This document shows, piece after piece, positions 1 to 10,396 of a stretch of 64,000 bases of DNA (its first letter is position 1; every line of letters begins with the position of its first letter). Location: the NCBI GenBank assembly GCA_963767735.1, contig CAVYES010000004.1, forward strand, positions 64,001 to 128,000, written 5' to 3'. The DNA is from Candidatus Bathyarchaeota archaeon (GTDB taxonomy: Archaea > Thermoproteota > Bathyarchaeia > Bathyarchaeales > Bathycorpusculaceae). The position numbers and the translations under genes are program-made. Under the pieces are notes generated by a model. The model did no database searches. It had not been told where the DNA came from and saw only the letters and a program-made list of their open reading frames with translations.

Positions 1-2287
1 CTATGAATCCATCAAGGTCAAGCTCGTAAATGCCATCGGTATAAGTTGCGTCCAAACGGCTTTTCCACAAGTTATGATCCTGATAGAGCCCTTTTGCTTT
101 TGAAACTACTTCTTGAACCTGCTCGAAATATTTAGCGTCAAACCATTGCGGCTCCGGCTTATCCTCGGCGAAGCATAACAATGCCATTTGAGATAACTCT
201 TTTATTTGCTTAACTGTCAAGCCGTCACCGTCCAATCCGAGCAGCGGAACGAGCGCTTGCGAAGTTTCCCTCCATTTTCTTGACGCTAACTGCGTGTTTT
301 TTATGAATGCTAAGAGTTTCTCGCGTTTCTGCAGAAATTCGCCTTCTTCCAACTCTACCGCTGGCAACATCTCTTTAAGTGTATCAAGCTGCTGCTTAAT
401 TTCAGCAGACCTATTTAGCACCAAAGTAAACAAGGAGGGATTATATCGTTCATTTAGGCTGGCACGTGTGTTCTTTATCCATACTGAAGTTTCATTGTAA
501 TTTTTAGCTTCAAGGTAGAGTTTTTCAAGATCAGGATTCGTTAGCCAATAAGCCTCTGGCTTGGGGCTTTCGTAGAGGAACTGGCTTATTTGTAAAAGCC
601 ACTTTATCTTGGCAAAGGTTTCAGGCGGGGACACGCCAAGTTTAGCGGAGAAGTCTTCAGTTTCCAGTTGCATCTCATGAAGCGTTTCGTTTATGTTTTC
701 AAGCTCAGTCAACACTTCAGAACGGATTTCAAGGTTGTAGGCGTCCGCTCGGTATCCCAGCCATGGGAAATCTGGTTCCTCAATTACTTGCCAAACCTTG
801 CTTAGTTGAGAAACAAGTCCTTCGAGCTCATGCATTTTTTGAGGGGTCAACGTTCCCAGTTCAGTTAAGCCTACGGGAACAAAGGGAACCCGTTCAAGGC
901 TTGAAATCAAACTTAAAACTTCGTAAGCGCTTCTCTGCAAGTACGGGCGTTTCTCATGCAACGAAGTAACGTAACCGTTTAATTCTTCACGGTACTCAGT
1001 CATCAGCTCGAACTCATGAGCTGACGGCAGTTTACGGGGAACTAAGTTTTCGTCGAGGCTACGCTTGAGTTCAGCTACAACTTGTTGCTTGTTGGCTTTG
1101 CTGCTGTGAAGTTCAAGGCAGAAATGCGCTAAACCAACTTCGCTTAATCGTTTATAGACAACTTCAAGGGCGGCCATTTTGTCGCTTACGAAAAGCACAG
1201 ATTTCCCGTTAGCGATGCATTCTGCAATTATGTTCGCGATGGTTTGACTTTTTCCCGTCCCAGGTGGGCCTTTCATGACGAAGCTTTGGCCTCGCAATGC
1301 ATATTCGATTGAGACTCGTTGGCTGCTGTCGGCATCAAGCACCTGATAGGTTTTCTCTGGAACCTCAATTTTGTCTACGTCTTTCTCGTCAGGCAACCCA
1401 TCTAAGATGAGGTTGTCTTCTTTTATGCCGGCTATTGCTCGAATTAAGGGGTGTTGGGTAACTAAATTTGCGTTTGCTTCCAGGTCTTTGTAGATGACTA
1501 GTTTTTGGAATGAAAAAAGCCCTAGGTCAACTGATGGCTCTGCTTTCCAGCCCATTTCAGCGACAGCTTGGTTAACTAAGTTGAAGTAGTCTGATAGGTT
1601 TTGGTTTCCCCATTCTTCAGGCAAAGGCGGCAATTCAATTTTGTAATCGTTTTTCAGTTTAACCTGCAATGCCGGGTTTAAAACGGCTTCTTCTTCAACT
1701 GGCGGCACCGCTATCGCGTAGGGTTGACGTATGGAATCCCGCGTTAATTCTAAAGGTACAAGAATCAGAGGAGACTGAACGTTTTCTTTTGTTTCCAAAT
1801 CTACCCAGTTTAAGGTGCCAAATGCGGCATGCAGAATGCGAACACCGCGTTCTCGATAATCAAGAAGTGAGCGCCACTGTAATCCTTTGAGGTTTCTTTC
1901 AAGGTCAAAACGAGTTAAGTTTCCGCTGACCAGTTGATTTGCAGTTGGGCGCTGTTTTGGTTCTTCCGGCACGGCTGATTTAATATCGGGGTTAACCGCT
2001 GCTTTTACGTTGGTTTTGGCTGTTTTAGCCTTAGTTTTTCCTTTATTTTTTGACTTTTCTGTCTGCTCAGGGTTTTTATTCTCTTCAGGGGGCATCCAGA
2101 ACTCTAAACGACGTTTTTTCAAAACTAACGCATTGAAAATTGCTTGCTGGTCAGGTTGCGAGATAGATAGGCTTCCACGCTTCGCCTTGTGAAAATACAG
2201 GAGGTTGTTTCTTTTTGAGAGGTCGATTAATCGTGACTTCCAATCTTCAACACGTTTCATAGGTTGAGAGGTAACCGTTTGCGTCAT
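1..2287 (-). CDS. DUF4011-domain superfamily 1 helicase (N-terminal part; continues past left edge)
   Basis: Manual translation from ATG 2287: MTQTVTSQPMKRVEDWKSRLIDLSKRNNLLYF (DUF4011-type WxxxLxDLSxRNxL). In-frame Walker A near 1276: MKGPPGTGKSQTIANIIAECIANGKSVLFVSDKMAALEVVYKRL. Missing from the ORF track, presumably because its stop lies outside the window. Confidence 0.9.
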   Translation of the reverse strand, partial: MTQTVTSQPMKRVEDWKSRLIDLSKRNNLLYFHKAKRGSLSISQPDQQAIFNALVLKKRRLEFWMPPEENKNPEQTEKSKNKGKTKAKTAKTNVKAAVNPDIKSAVPEEPKQRPTANQLVSGNLTRFDLERNLKGLQWRSLLDYRERGVRILHAAFGTLNWVDLETKENVQSPLILVPLELTRDSIRQPYAIAVPPVEEEAVLNPALQVKLKNDYKIELPPLPEEWGNQNLSDYFNLVNQAVAEMGWKAEPSVDLGLFSFQKLVIYKDLEANANLVTQHPLIRAIAGIKEDNLILDGLPDEKDVDKIEVPEKTYQVLDADSSQRVSIEYALRGQSFVMKGPPGTGKSQTIANIIAECIANGKSVLFVSDKMAALEVVYKRLSEVGLAHFCLELHSSKANKQQVVAELKRSLDENLVPRKLPSAHEFELMTEYREELNGYVTSLHEKRPYLQRSAYEVLSLISSLERVPFVPVGLTELGTLTPQKMHELEGLVSQLSKVWQVIEEPDFPWLGYRADAYNLEIRSEVLTELENINETLHEMQLETEDFSAKLGVSPPETFAKIKWLLQISQFLYESPKPEAYWLTNPDLEKLYLEAKNYNETSVWIKNTRASLNERYNPSLFTLVLNRSAEIKQQLDTLKEMLPAVELEEGEFLQKREKLLAFIKNTQLASRKWRETSQALVPLLGLDGDGLTVKQIKELSQMALLCFAEDKPEPQWFDAKYFEQVQEVVSKAKGLYQDHNLWKSRLDATYTDGIYELDLDGFI

Positions 2288-2402
2288 TAAAGCACATCCA
2301 CACGTGATAGTTTGCATTATTGTGCTGATGATACTTTAATATTTGCGGTTAATCCACGACGGTTCGGGCAATCAATATTTAACTTTTAAGCGTTAAAAAG
2401 AG

Positions 2403-3023
2403 TCAGGTGGCTCTAGTTCTATGTTCAATTGCATCAAAAATCACTTGCCTCACGTTTTCAAGACCTATTTCCATAGTTTGGAGAATCGGCAGCCCAATGC
2501 CTAACTTTTCTAACTCTTCTTTGCATTTTTCCGCGTTTCCACAAGTGTCCAGTAACACGATGCCTTTGATGCCGCTGAACATGTTCGTGAAGGCTGCCTC
2601 ATCAACACCTTCTTTCAGCATCTTTTCTTTCATATGCTTGAAGAACTTTATCATGCCTGGACCCATAAACATGAGGTTATGATTCGAATCTGCTTCAAGA
2701 AATACGCCTTTTCCGCCAAGTTGGCAATCGATGCAGTTTACCGCGTCGACTTTAACTATTCCGTATTCTTCTGCAAGCTTTTTCATTTCGTTGTTTTGGC
2801 CGAGACATAGGTCTCCATAAACGAGTATCACTTGCCCAAGGTATTTTGGCATAGTTTTTTCTATGACTTTTCGAACGTTTTGCTCTACAAGTTCATAATC
2901 CACATGGAAGTATTTGCTCACATAGACTACATCGACGTCTAAGCTTCCCTGTTTGATTAATTCTTCGATTTCTTCTTTAAGAACACTACAGGAAACTAGG
3001 CAAACCTTCGCTTTTCCACGCAT
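2403..3023 (-). CDS. DUF1638-family protein
   Basis: C..L..E N-terminus, VYGDLC and AVNCIDCQLGG motifs. Confidence 0.7.
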   Translation of the reverse strand: MRGKAKVCLVSCSVLKEEIEELIKQGSLDVDVVYVSKYFHVDYELVEQNVRKVIEKTMPKYLGQVILVYGDLCLGQNNEMKKLAEEYGIVKVDAVNCIDCQLGGKGVFLEADSNHNLMFMGPGMIKFFKHMKEKMLKEGVDEAAFTNMFSGIKGIVLLDTCGNAEKCKEELEKLGIGLPILQTMEIGLENVRQVIFDAIEHRTRAT

Positions 3024-3349
3024 GCAATCAACCTTTCGAGTTTAAAGCAAAGCGCATTTATTAATTAAGTTTTAAAAATAACTTCCGTGTCTTTTCTTCT
3101 CTTTCCTTGATTAAACGCTGACTTTTCTTATCCTTTTAATTGTCAAAAAACCCTTCGTCACTAGAACACTTAAGAATGTGTTCTTAGAACTTTAGCGTTT
3201 TTTCTCCGAGCTTTGTAATCAACAGCATGTGAGCATTTGTGGACACAACATCTCGATTTCAAAAGCCCAATCTGTTCAATCTTTCTTCTAACCCTTTAAG
3301 CCCAAAAGAAATGCTGAAGAAAAAAAATGGGTTTTTCAAATGTGGCGTA

Positions 3350-4765
3350 TTAGCTGGGAGCGGGGCGGGTTCCTAAGACAAGGGGAATATTCATTGTTTG
3401 CCCATCTCTCACGATAGTGATGTTTATTGTTTGGTTGGGTAGCGTGTTCTCGGCGAGGAATGTTGATAAGTCATCGTCGTTAATGATGCGTACGCCGTTG
3501 ATGGATGTAATTATGTCTCCTCCGACGACTATTGAGCTTCCATCTATTGTGGCTTGGGTTGTACCTGCTTTGAGGCCGGCTTTGTCTGCTGGTCCTCCGC
3601 TTACAACCTGCTCAACAAGCACGCCGTAGGTTACACTCAATCCCCCTTGAGCGGCAATATCATAGGTATTGTCTACCACGCTTATGCCCAGGTACGGATA
3701 CTGCGTGTAGGATCCAGTGTCAACTAAGGAGTTTATTTCGCGAAGTATCGTATCTGAGGAAATTGCAAAGCCTAATCCTTGTGCTGCGCCGCCGTTCTGA
3801 GTGTTTTCGATGCCGGCTGTGTTGATGCCGACAACTTGACCTGCAGAGTTCAGTAAAGGACCGCCGGAGTTTCCCGGGTTAATTGGAGCACTAAACTGAA
3901 TAACGTCTGCGATGGGATAGTTGCTTGTTGACTCCGTTATGGTTCTGCCAAGCGCGCTTACAATCCCCGTCGTCATCGAGCCTGCCAACCCAAATGGGCT
4001 GCCGACAGCTGCTACAAAGTCGCCTACGCTAAGGCTTGAAGAATTAACGACTTGGAGCGGTTGGAACTCGCTTGCTGGAGCATTAACGGAGAGTACTGCC
4101 AAATCAGCGTACGGATCAGCGCCTAAAACGGTCGCTGCGTAGCCGTCGCCATCGGCAAATGTTACGCTTATCCCTGTTCCTGAAGCGATAACGTGGTTGT
4201 TAGTAACCACAACCATACGTCCACTAAGATCATCGATGAAACCAGAACCCTCAACAAAGCTGCTCGATTGCGTATCTGTTATGACAACCACCGAATCTTT
4301 AACCTCATTGTAGAGTGAAGACATCGAAACGTTCTCAGGAACAGCTTCTTCAGTTAAGCCGCCGTTGGCTGATAAACTCGCAACCTGGTTTTGCAGGTCA
4401 GTAACCTGCTTTTGAAGGCTCGATAACTTGTCTGAAGAGTTCATGTTGCCTGCCCAATAACCAAAGACCCCGGCAAACAGGCTGCACGCAATAATCGCTA
4501 CCACCGCGACCGCAAGAAACCGCCCTCTACGGGACCTTCTAGAGGAACGAGGTTGTTCGGGTTGCTGTGTGGGTTGAGGTTGTGGAGAAGGTTCAGATTG
4601 TTGGGGTTGTTCGGGTTGCTGTGTGGGTTGAGGTTGTGGAGAAGGTTCGGGTTGTTGGGGTTGCTCAGGTTGTTGAGAAGGCTGTGGTTCAGGTTGTTGA
4701 GGTTGTTCGGGTTGTTGAGTGGGTTGAGGTTGTGGCTGTTCAGGTTGTTGGGAAGGCTGTTCCAC
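3350..4765 (-). CDS. htrA: Membrane-anchored HtrA/DegP-like serine protease with PDZ domain and Pro/Gln-rich N-terminus
   Basis: TNNHVI, DLAVL and INPGNSGGPL catalytic triad motifs; C-terminal PDZ (GPADKAGL...GDIITSING); one TM helix. Confidence 0.92.
   Translation of the reverse strand: MEQPSQQPEQPQPQPTQQPEQPQQPEPQPSQQPEQPQQPEPSPQPQPTQQPEQPQQSEPSPQPQPTQQPEQPRSSRRSRRGRFLAVAVVAIIACSLFAGVFGYWAGNMNSSDKLSSLQKQVTDLQNQVASLSANGGLTEEAVPENVSMSSLYNEVKDSVVVITDTQSSSFVEGSGFIDDLSGRMVVVTNNHVIASGTGISVTFADGDGYAATVLGADPYADLAVLSVNAPASEFQPLQVVNSSSLSVGDFVAAVGSPFGLAGSMTTGIVSALGRTITESTSNYPIADVIQFSAPINPGNSGGPLLNSAGQVVGINTAGIENTQNGGAAQGLGFAISSDTILREINSLVDTGSYTQYPYLGISVVDNTYDIAAQGGLSVTYGVLVEQVVSGGPADKAGLKAGTTQATIDGSSIVVGGDIITSINGVRIINDDDLSTFLAENTLPNQTINITIVRDGQTMNIPLVLGTRPAPS
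4550..4760 (-). repeat. Coding tandem repeat (about 54-nt unit, PQQPEPSPQPQPTQQPEQ) in the HtrA N-terminus
   Basis: Two near-identical 54-nt units plus degenerate copies visible in DNA and protein. Confidence 0.9.
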
Positions 4766-5338
4766 TATAATCGTCTCCTAAGAATTGCAAGCGTTTTCTC
4801 AAAGTACGAAAAAGCCCTGATTGATCTTACTCGATAAGTCATATCCCTGTTTCTCCATGAGTCGATTGCTTCTTAAAGCCGTGAAGTTATTAAAAAGTTT
4901 TTCATAAATTATACCCAATTTATACAAACATGAACGTTAGCAAAACTAAGAGAGCAAGTATTCCAACAGCACGCCTGAAATTTTAAACGTTAAGTTTAAA
5001 GATAGCATTTGCTGGCAATAATAGCTCAGCATCCCGTCTTCCCCCTGCTGGAACCAGTTGCTTGAGTTCTCTTTTAAGATATTGCTGGGAAAAGACCAAA
5101 CTTAGTTTTTCAGTTCACCTTTTTTTCAGCTTATAAGTTAAACCCAGTTATCAAATCCTCAATCGGCTTTTTTCCCCATAATAATTAAAGATTTGATGAT
5201 ATACGATAATATTAGGAAAAACCCATCAAAGAGCGAAGAAAAACAGATCATTTGTTATGGCCCAAAACCGTTGGATGAACAAGTTTAATATACTTGGACA
5301 AGACAAAGAATAAATGTGTTTTAGACAAGTGAACTAAA

Positions 5339-6235
5339 ATGACCCAAACCAAAACAACGGATATGCCGTTTAGAATTGGGTTGTTGCTTATTGCCCTCTC
5401 GTGGTTTACCTACAATCTCTACGACTTCTTCTTAGGCGTTTATAATCGCCATACAACCGGTCGATTGGCATATGAGGATATACCAGGCTCTTTGGCAATC
5501 GGTTGTGTGGTTGCGGCAAGCTTCATCATCGTAATCACCGTTCTCTTCTTCGCTGCAAAAAGAGACCTTTCAAAACCAGAAACATACATGGCTGTTAGAT
5601 TATTCTTAGTTTTTGAAATAGGCTACTTCTTGTTATCCTTCTGGTCCCCGATTTTTGTTGAAGGCATCCCCGGCGTCGCCCACTTTACACTCGCAAAATT
5701 ATTCCAACTCACCATTCCTAGCGCGGTTGAGGCAACATTAATTCCAATTGTGCTTGGCAAATTATTTTTTGAAATGAACCCAAACAAACCCGTTGCAAAC
5801 CAAATAAAATGGGGGCTGATCGCGGGTTTCTCCTACATTTTCGTTTTCTGGCTCAGCAACACGGGCGACTGGATAGGCACAGTAATCACAAAAGGAATAG
5901 ACTACATCATCCAGTACCCAGTAAACATGCTCAGCTTTATCTTTACCACAATCGGGCTATTCTTACTCGCCTTATACACCGCTTACTTTGCGAAAAAATC
6001 CATTCCGATAGCAGCCCTAAACCCCAGTAACATTGACCTGAAAAAAGCAGGCCTAATCATCACGGCATTAGGATCATACTTGGTATTTATTTTTCTATTA
6101 TACCTCGTCTTTGGAAGCTCCGGAGGATGGTCCGAATGGTACGCCTGGTTCCTAGCCCACGGCTACCTGGATCTATGGGCCTTGACACTGCCCTTCATCG
6201 GTCTATGCTTAATCTTCACGTTCCACAAAAACTAA
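5339..6235 (+). CDS. Multi-pass membrane protein of unknown function
   Basis: 298-aa ORF with about 8 hydrophobic segments. Confidence 0.8.
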   Translation: MTQTKTTDMPFRIGLLLIALSWFTYNLYDFFLGVYNRHTTGRLAYEDIPGSLAIGCVVAASFIIVITVLFFAAKRDLSKPETYMAVRLFLVFEIGYFLLSFWSPIFVEGIPGVAHFTLAKLFQLTIPSAVEATLIPIVLGKLFFEMNPNKPVANQIKWGLIAGFSYIFVFWLSNTGDWIGTVITKGIDYIIQYPVNMLSFIFTTIGLFLLALYTAYFAKKSIPIAALNPSNIDLKKAGLIITALGSYLVFIFLLYLVFGSSGGWSEWYAWFLAHGYLDLWALTLPFIGLCLIFTFHKN

Positions 6236-6269
6236 AGATGCAGATAAAGTCCCTAAGAAACGCTATACG

Positions 6270-6491
6270 TTGAACAGTAAAATGGTAAACTTGCTTCTAT
6301 ACTTGACCCAAGCGTTCGGAGTCGGCTTCTTTATTGTTTTTTCAGCTGCTTATGACATTCCACTGCCTTCGACCACGGTTCTCACAGGAGAACCTATTTT
6401 CCATAATTTGCTTTTGATAACCGGAGGGTTATACTTCATTTTTATACTCTTAGTTATAGGAATTAGCGTTATAGGATACATAAAAGAGTAA
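6270..6491 (+). CDS. Small two-TM membrane protein
   Basis: 73-aa ORF, two hydrophobic helices, directly downstream of the previous gene. Confidence 0.6.
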   Translation: MNSKMVNLLLYLTQAFGVGFFIVFSAAYDIPLPSTTVLTGEPIFHNLLLITGGLYFIFILLVIGISVIGYIKE

Positions 6492-6656
6492 AAGCAAGCA
6501 AAAAGAGTTCAATATAGTTGCTAATTGAGCTTAAAATACAGAAGTTTTAAGGCTAATGACCTGATGGTTGAAAGGGCAATTAGGAAAAAGCTATATAATA
6601 ATCGAGCACTTTTTAGATTCAACGGTTTAGGTATCGGGGAAGAAAAGGGAAACGGC

Positions 6657-7541
6657 ATGAAGAAGTATAAAATCTTGGTAGTTACGTTGTTAGCCATAAT
6701 GTGTTTTGGCTTGGTTTCGATTCCAAATTCCTTTAGTCAAGTGGGTCAAGTAAATACTAACATCAAAGTTTTGAGTTACAGCTGGTACGTTAATACAGCG
6801 GGTGATTTAATTGTGGTGGGCGAAGTGCAGAACACAGGCACCTCCATTTTATCATTAGTGTCTTTAACTGCAGCGGTTTACGGGTCAGGCAGTACCGAAT
6901 TAGTGAGTGCCACTGGTATGCCATACGTGAGTGATCTTCTTCAGCAGCAAAAAGCGCCCTTTTACATTGACTGTGGCAACCCTGGCGCCGGCGCCGGCTT
7001 AACCTCATCAAGCGTTAGCAACGTTGAATTTACCATCACTAATGCGCCTACAACTCAAAGCCAACAGTATCAGGGCCTACAAATAGATAATACCTCTAAC
7101 GAGACTTTAGCGGGCGCTTACATCGTTACGGGATTAGTGTATAACTTTGATAATCAAACGGCGAAGGGAATCAATGTGGTTGGGACGTTCTATAACCGTG
7201 CGGGTACGGTAGTTGCGGTTGGGTTCGTAAAATCGAGCGTTGCTTTAATTCCAGGCAACCAAACGGTCTTCTCGGTCAGTGAATTCGATCCGACAACTAG
7301 CCTCGTGTCTCAAATTTCAAACTATTCCCTTCTGATTCAGACTTCCACTCTTCAGAATAATGCACTCTCCACTTCGTCATCCTCATCTTCCTCGTCATCT
7401 TCGGGTTCGTCAGAGTTGACTTACATTGTTGTTGGCGTAGTAGTGATTGTTGTGGTTGCCGCTACTGCTTTGATTTTTCTAAGGAAACGTCGCAATCTGC
7501 CTCCACCTCCGCTTCCCCCACCGCCTCCTCTTGCATCCTGA
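6657..7541 (+). CDS. FxLYD-like duplicated-domain surface protein with C-terminal TM and poly-Pro tail
   Basis: Likely start ATG 6657 (MKKYKILVV signal peptide); two GEVQNTG/GLVYN..GTFYN..G.VV domains; Ser linker, TM, RKRR. Confidence 0.75.
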   Translation: MKKYKILVVTLLAIMCFGLVSIPNSFSQVGQVNTNIKVLSYSWYVNTAGDLIVVGEVQNTGTSILSLVSLTAAVYGSGSTELVSATGMPYVSDLLQQQKAPFYIDCGNPGAGAGLTSSSVSNVEFTITNAPTTQSQQYQGLQIDNTSNETLAGAYIVTGLVYNFDNQTAKGINVVGTFYNRAGTVVAVGFVKSSVALIPGNQTVFSVSEFDPTTSLVSQISNYSLLIQTSTLQNNALSTSSSSSSSSSSGSSELTYIVVGVVVIVVVAATALIFLRKRRNLPPPPLPPPPPLAS

Positions 7542-7747
7542 TTACAGGAAGAACTCGACCCTTTGGCTATTCGACGTGATTCCCCAGTGTACTTCTAGTT
7601 AATCTTTTCTTGGGGAATTGAAAATGCGGAGGCCCTAAAACCTTTTTCAATTGATACTTCTTTAGCACAAGGCTATCGAATGAGTGGACATTTATACAAT
7701 CTACGAAAAAAGTGCGGGAAGAATAAAAACTGATCTGGGGATGTTGC

Positions 7748-8155
7748 CTAAAGTGTAACGGGTTTAAAGCAGTATCTTGTCCACTGTGGCCACTGTTGCG
7801 TTGTGCTGCATGAGCCGAAGTCTAATGTTAATTCCATCCCTATCTTAAGCTGATCTTGGTTTACGCCATGTATCATGCCGGGAATTTTCAAGGCGTTTTC
7901 TAGTTGCACAATTCCTACGGCGTAGGGCGTTAGGGCTTGGAACTGCTGTGGCGCAATGTTGATGATTGTGTAAGTGAGCAGTTTGCCCCTTCCAGAAACG
8001 TTGACCCACTCGAACTCTTGCGAGAAGCAGTTGTCGCATAAGGGTCTGGGGGGCAAATGGATTTTTCCGCATTTGAGGCATTTTCCGGCCATGAGTTTCT
8101 GCTGCTTAAGGAATTTGTAGAACTGCTCGATTGTGAACGGTTCTTTTACGCTCAT
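7748..8155 (-). CDS. DUF35 Zn-ribbon/OB-fold protein (thiolase partner)
   Basis: CLKCG...PPRPLCDNC, GKLLTYT, PYAVGIV; abuts the thiolase stop. Confidence 0.9.
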   Translation of the reverse strand: MSVKEPFTIEQFYKFLKQQKLMAGKCLKCGKIHLPPRPLCDNCFSQEFEWVNVSGRGKLLTYTIINIAPQQFQALTPYAVGIVQLENALKIPGMIHGVNQDQLKIGMELTLDFGSCSTTQQWPQWTRYCFKPVTL

Positions 8156-9336
8156 TACTGGTTGCTCCTGTAGATGTGAACTGCCGCTGTAGCGCCTGAC
8201 CCGCCAACATTATGAGTTAAACCTACTTGCGCGTCTTTCACCTGACGTTTTCCAGCTTGCCCTGTGAGTTGCAGGTACATTTCGTAGGCTTGCGCTGTGC
8301 CTGTAGCGCCGACAGGGTGACCTTTAGCTTTTAAGCCGCCGCTCGTGTTGACTGGAACGCGTCCGCCAAGGCGGGTTTCGCCGCTTTCCATCAGCTTCCC
8401 CCCTTTACCTGCAGGGCAGAAATCTAAGTCTTCGTAAGCCATTAACTCAGCAAATGTGAAGCAATCATGAACTTCCGCCAGGTCCATATCTTGCGGTTTT
8501 GCGTTTGCCATTTCATAAGCCATTTTAGCCGCTAGCCGGGTCGCGTTTAGCGATGTGAGGCTTTTGCGTTCGTATAAGCCGATGGTGTCGCTTGCTTGTC
8601 CGCTGCCGATTATGTGTACGGGCATATCGGTGTATCTGCTGGCGAATTCTGGTTTAGTTAAGATTATGCAACTTGCACCATCAGTTATTAGTGAGCAATC
8701 GCAGAGTTTAAGGGGCCAAGCCACAGGGCGCGACGCCATGACAGCTTCAAGACTGATTTCCTTTTGCATATGAGCTTTAGGATTTAGGCTTCCATGATAA
8801 TGGTTCTTGACTGCGACTAAAGCCATCTGCTCCTGCGTTGTGCCATACCGGTGCATGTGAGCGGTCGCCATCATCGCAAATAAGCCCGGAAAAGTGATGC
8901 CGTGCCACTGCTCAAACGGGTAATCCGAAGCCATAGCCAAATACTCAGTAACCTCAACCGTTGTGCGATGCGTCATTTTCTCAACCCCGCCCACCAAAAC
9001 CACATCCGCAAGACCGGACATCACAGCGTAAATTCCCGTTCTCAACGCAGCGCCTGAAGAAGCACACGCCGCCTCAGTCCTGGTGGCTGGAATACCTGTG
9101 AGCCCTGCCCAATCCGCAGCGGCTGGCCCCATGTGCCCCTGATGCTCATAGGCTTCACCCATGTGCCCGATGAACATCGCTTTGATGTCGTTTTTCGGGT
9201 CAAGTTTAGGGCAGCGGCTGAACGCTTCTTTTGCGGCTTCGGAAAAAATTTCTCTTGCAAGTAAACCATCATGCTTGCCGAATTTGGACATGCCGGCACT
9301 GATTATGCTGACGAGCGGTTTCCCATTCAAACCCAA
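8155..9336 (-). CDS. Archaeal thiolase (acetyl-CoA acetyltransferase, SCP-x-like)
   Basis: EAACASS, EVHDCF, VNTSGGLKAKGHPVGATG, HNVGG. Confidence 0.93.
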   Translation of the reverse strand: MGLNGKPLVSIISAGMSKFGKHDGLLAREIFSEAAKEAFSRCPKLDPKNDIKAMFIGHMGEAYEHQGHMGPAAADWAGLTGIPATRTEAACASSGAALRTGIYAVMSGLADVVLVGGVEKMTHRTTVEVTEYLAMASDYPFEQWHGITFPGLFAMMATAHMHRYGTTQEQMALVAVKNHYHGSLNPKAHMQKEISLEAVMASRPVAWPLKLCDCSLITDGASCIILTKPEFASRYTDMPVHIIGSGQASDTIGLYERKSLTSLNATRLAAKMAYEMANAKPQDMDLAEVHDCFTFAELMAYEDLDFCPAGKGGKLMESGETRLGGRVPVNTSGGLKAKGHPVGATGTAQAYEMYLQLTGQAGKRQVKDAQVGLTHNVGGSGATAAVHIYRSNQ

Positions 9337-9391
9337 AGTTCCCTCTCTGATGCCAATACACTGATGCTAAACCAGTTTAAAAACTATACAA

Positions 9392-10369
9392 CTAAAACCC
9401 AGCAATATAGATTCGTAGAGCTAAAACCGGCAAAACCACCACTAAACCAAACAGAACGGCGGTAAGTGTCATCACACGCAGTGACCTTGGGATGTGTTCT
9501 GGCGAGATGCCGTGGTCGTCGCCTAAAGCGTAGTAGCCTTGCTTTTCCAGTTGAGTGTCCAGTGCGCCGGCCATGGCTGAAATTGTCCAACCTGCATTTA
9601 CGCTCGCAGTTTTTCCTTTGTCTCTTTGCAGAATGAGCCATGATTCCCGCCAATTTTCCCTTAAAAGGAAGGAGGCAACAACCATTAGGTACGCTGTCAA
9701 TCTAGCGGGGATATAGTTCGTTATTGTGTCCAAGTTAGCTGAGAACCATCCAATGTTCTTGTTTTCCTCGTTTTTGTAGCCAACCATGGAATCTAGCGTG
9801 TTGATTACTCGGTATGCGAATGCGCCTGGGACGCCGAAGAGGGCGAAGAAGAAGAATGGCGCAGTTATCCCATCGGTTGTGCTTTCCGCGATGGATTCCA
9901 CGGCTGCAGAAGTAATCTGCTTTTCATTAAGCGTATTTGGGTCTCGGCGAACAATGTAGGGCAGCCATTTGCGTGCTTCACCCAAATCTTTTTTCTTCAG
10001 CGCCTCTGCGATGGGTTTGGTGTATTGGCCCATGCCTTTAACCGCGAAAGTTGCCTTAAACAGTATTGCGCCCACAATAATGTAGGCTATTTGACCGTAG
10101 AATCCGAAGGATTGCCTCAGCCAGAAAAGCAGCAGAAACACTGGAACCGAAACAATCAGCATAACGCTTAAGGCTAATAGGACGCCGTTTGCCTTCTCGA
10201 TTTTGGGGTTTGGGTTTTTCAGTTTTGGTTTTAGGTATGCGATTATTTTGCCTATTCCTATGGTTGGGTGAATCCTGTCCGGGTACTCGCCTAGGATTGC
10301 GTCAATTAAGAAAGCTAAAATGAAGATGAACGCGGAATCGATAAAGAAAGAGAGTTCAAAAGAAAACAT
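9392..10369 (-). CDS. cbiB: Adenosylcobinamide-phosphate synthase
   Basis: GEYP..IHP, ESIAES..DG, YRVINTLDSMVGYK, NYIPARL, NAGW...AMAGAL. Confidence 0.93.
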   Translation of the reverse strand: MFSFELSFFIDSAFIFILAFLIDAILGEYPDRIHPTIGIGKIIAYLKPKLKNPNPKIEKANGVLLALSVMLIVSVPVFLLLFWLRQSFGFYGQIAYIIVGAILFKATFAVKGMGQYTKPIAEALKKKDLGEARKWLPYIVRRDPNTLNEKQITSAAVESIAESTTDGITAPFFFFALFGVPGAFAYRVINTLDSMVGYKNEENKNIGWFSANLDTITNYIPARLTAYLMVVASFLLRENWRESWLILQRDKGKTASVNAGWTISAMAGALDTQLEKQGYYALGDDHGISPEHIPRSLRVMTLTAVLFGLVVVLPVLALRIYIAGF

Positions 10370-10396
10370 GGCTCACTACTCAAACCTTGGTCTTTT

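Noticed and set aside
294-2192. Short plus-strand ORFs (294, 763, 1669, 2010)
   Set aside because: Antisense shadows of the DUF4011 helicase.
4553-4837. Leu/Arg- and Val-rich repetitive ORFs
   Set aside because: Reverse-strand readings of the HtrA Pro/Gln repeat.
5030-5090. Possible structured RNA or cobalamin riboswitch upstream of htrA
   Set aside because: Only imperfect G-U-rich pairing; no recognisable riboswitch consensus.
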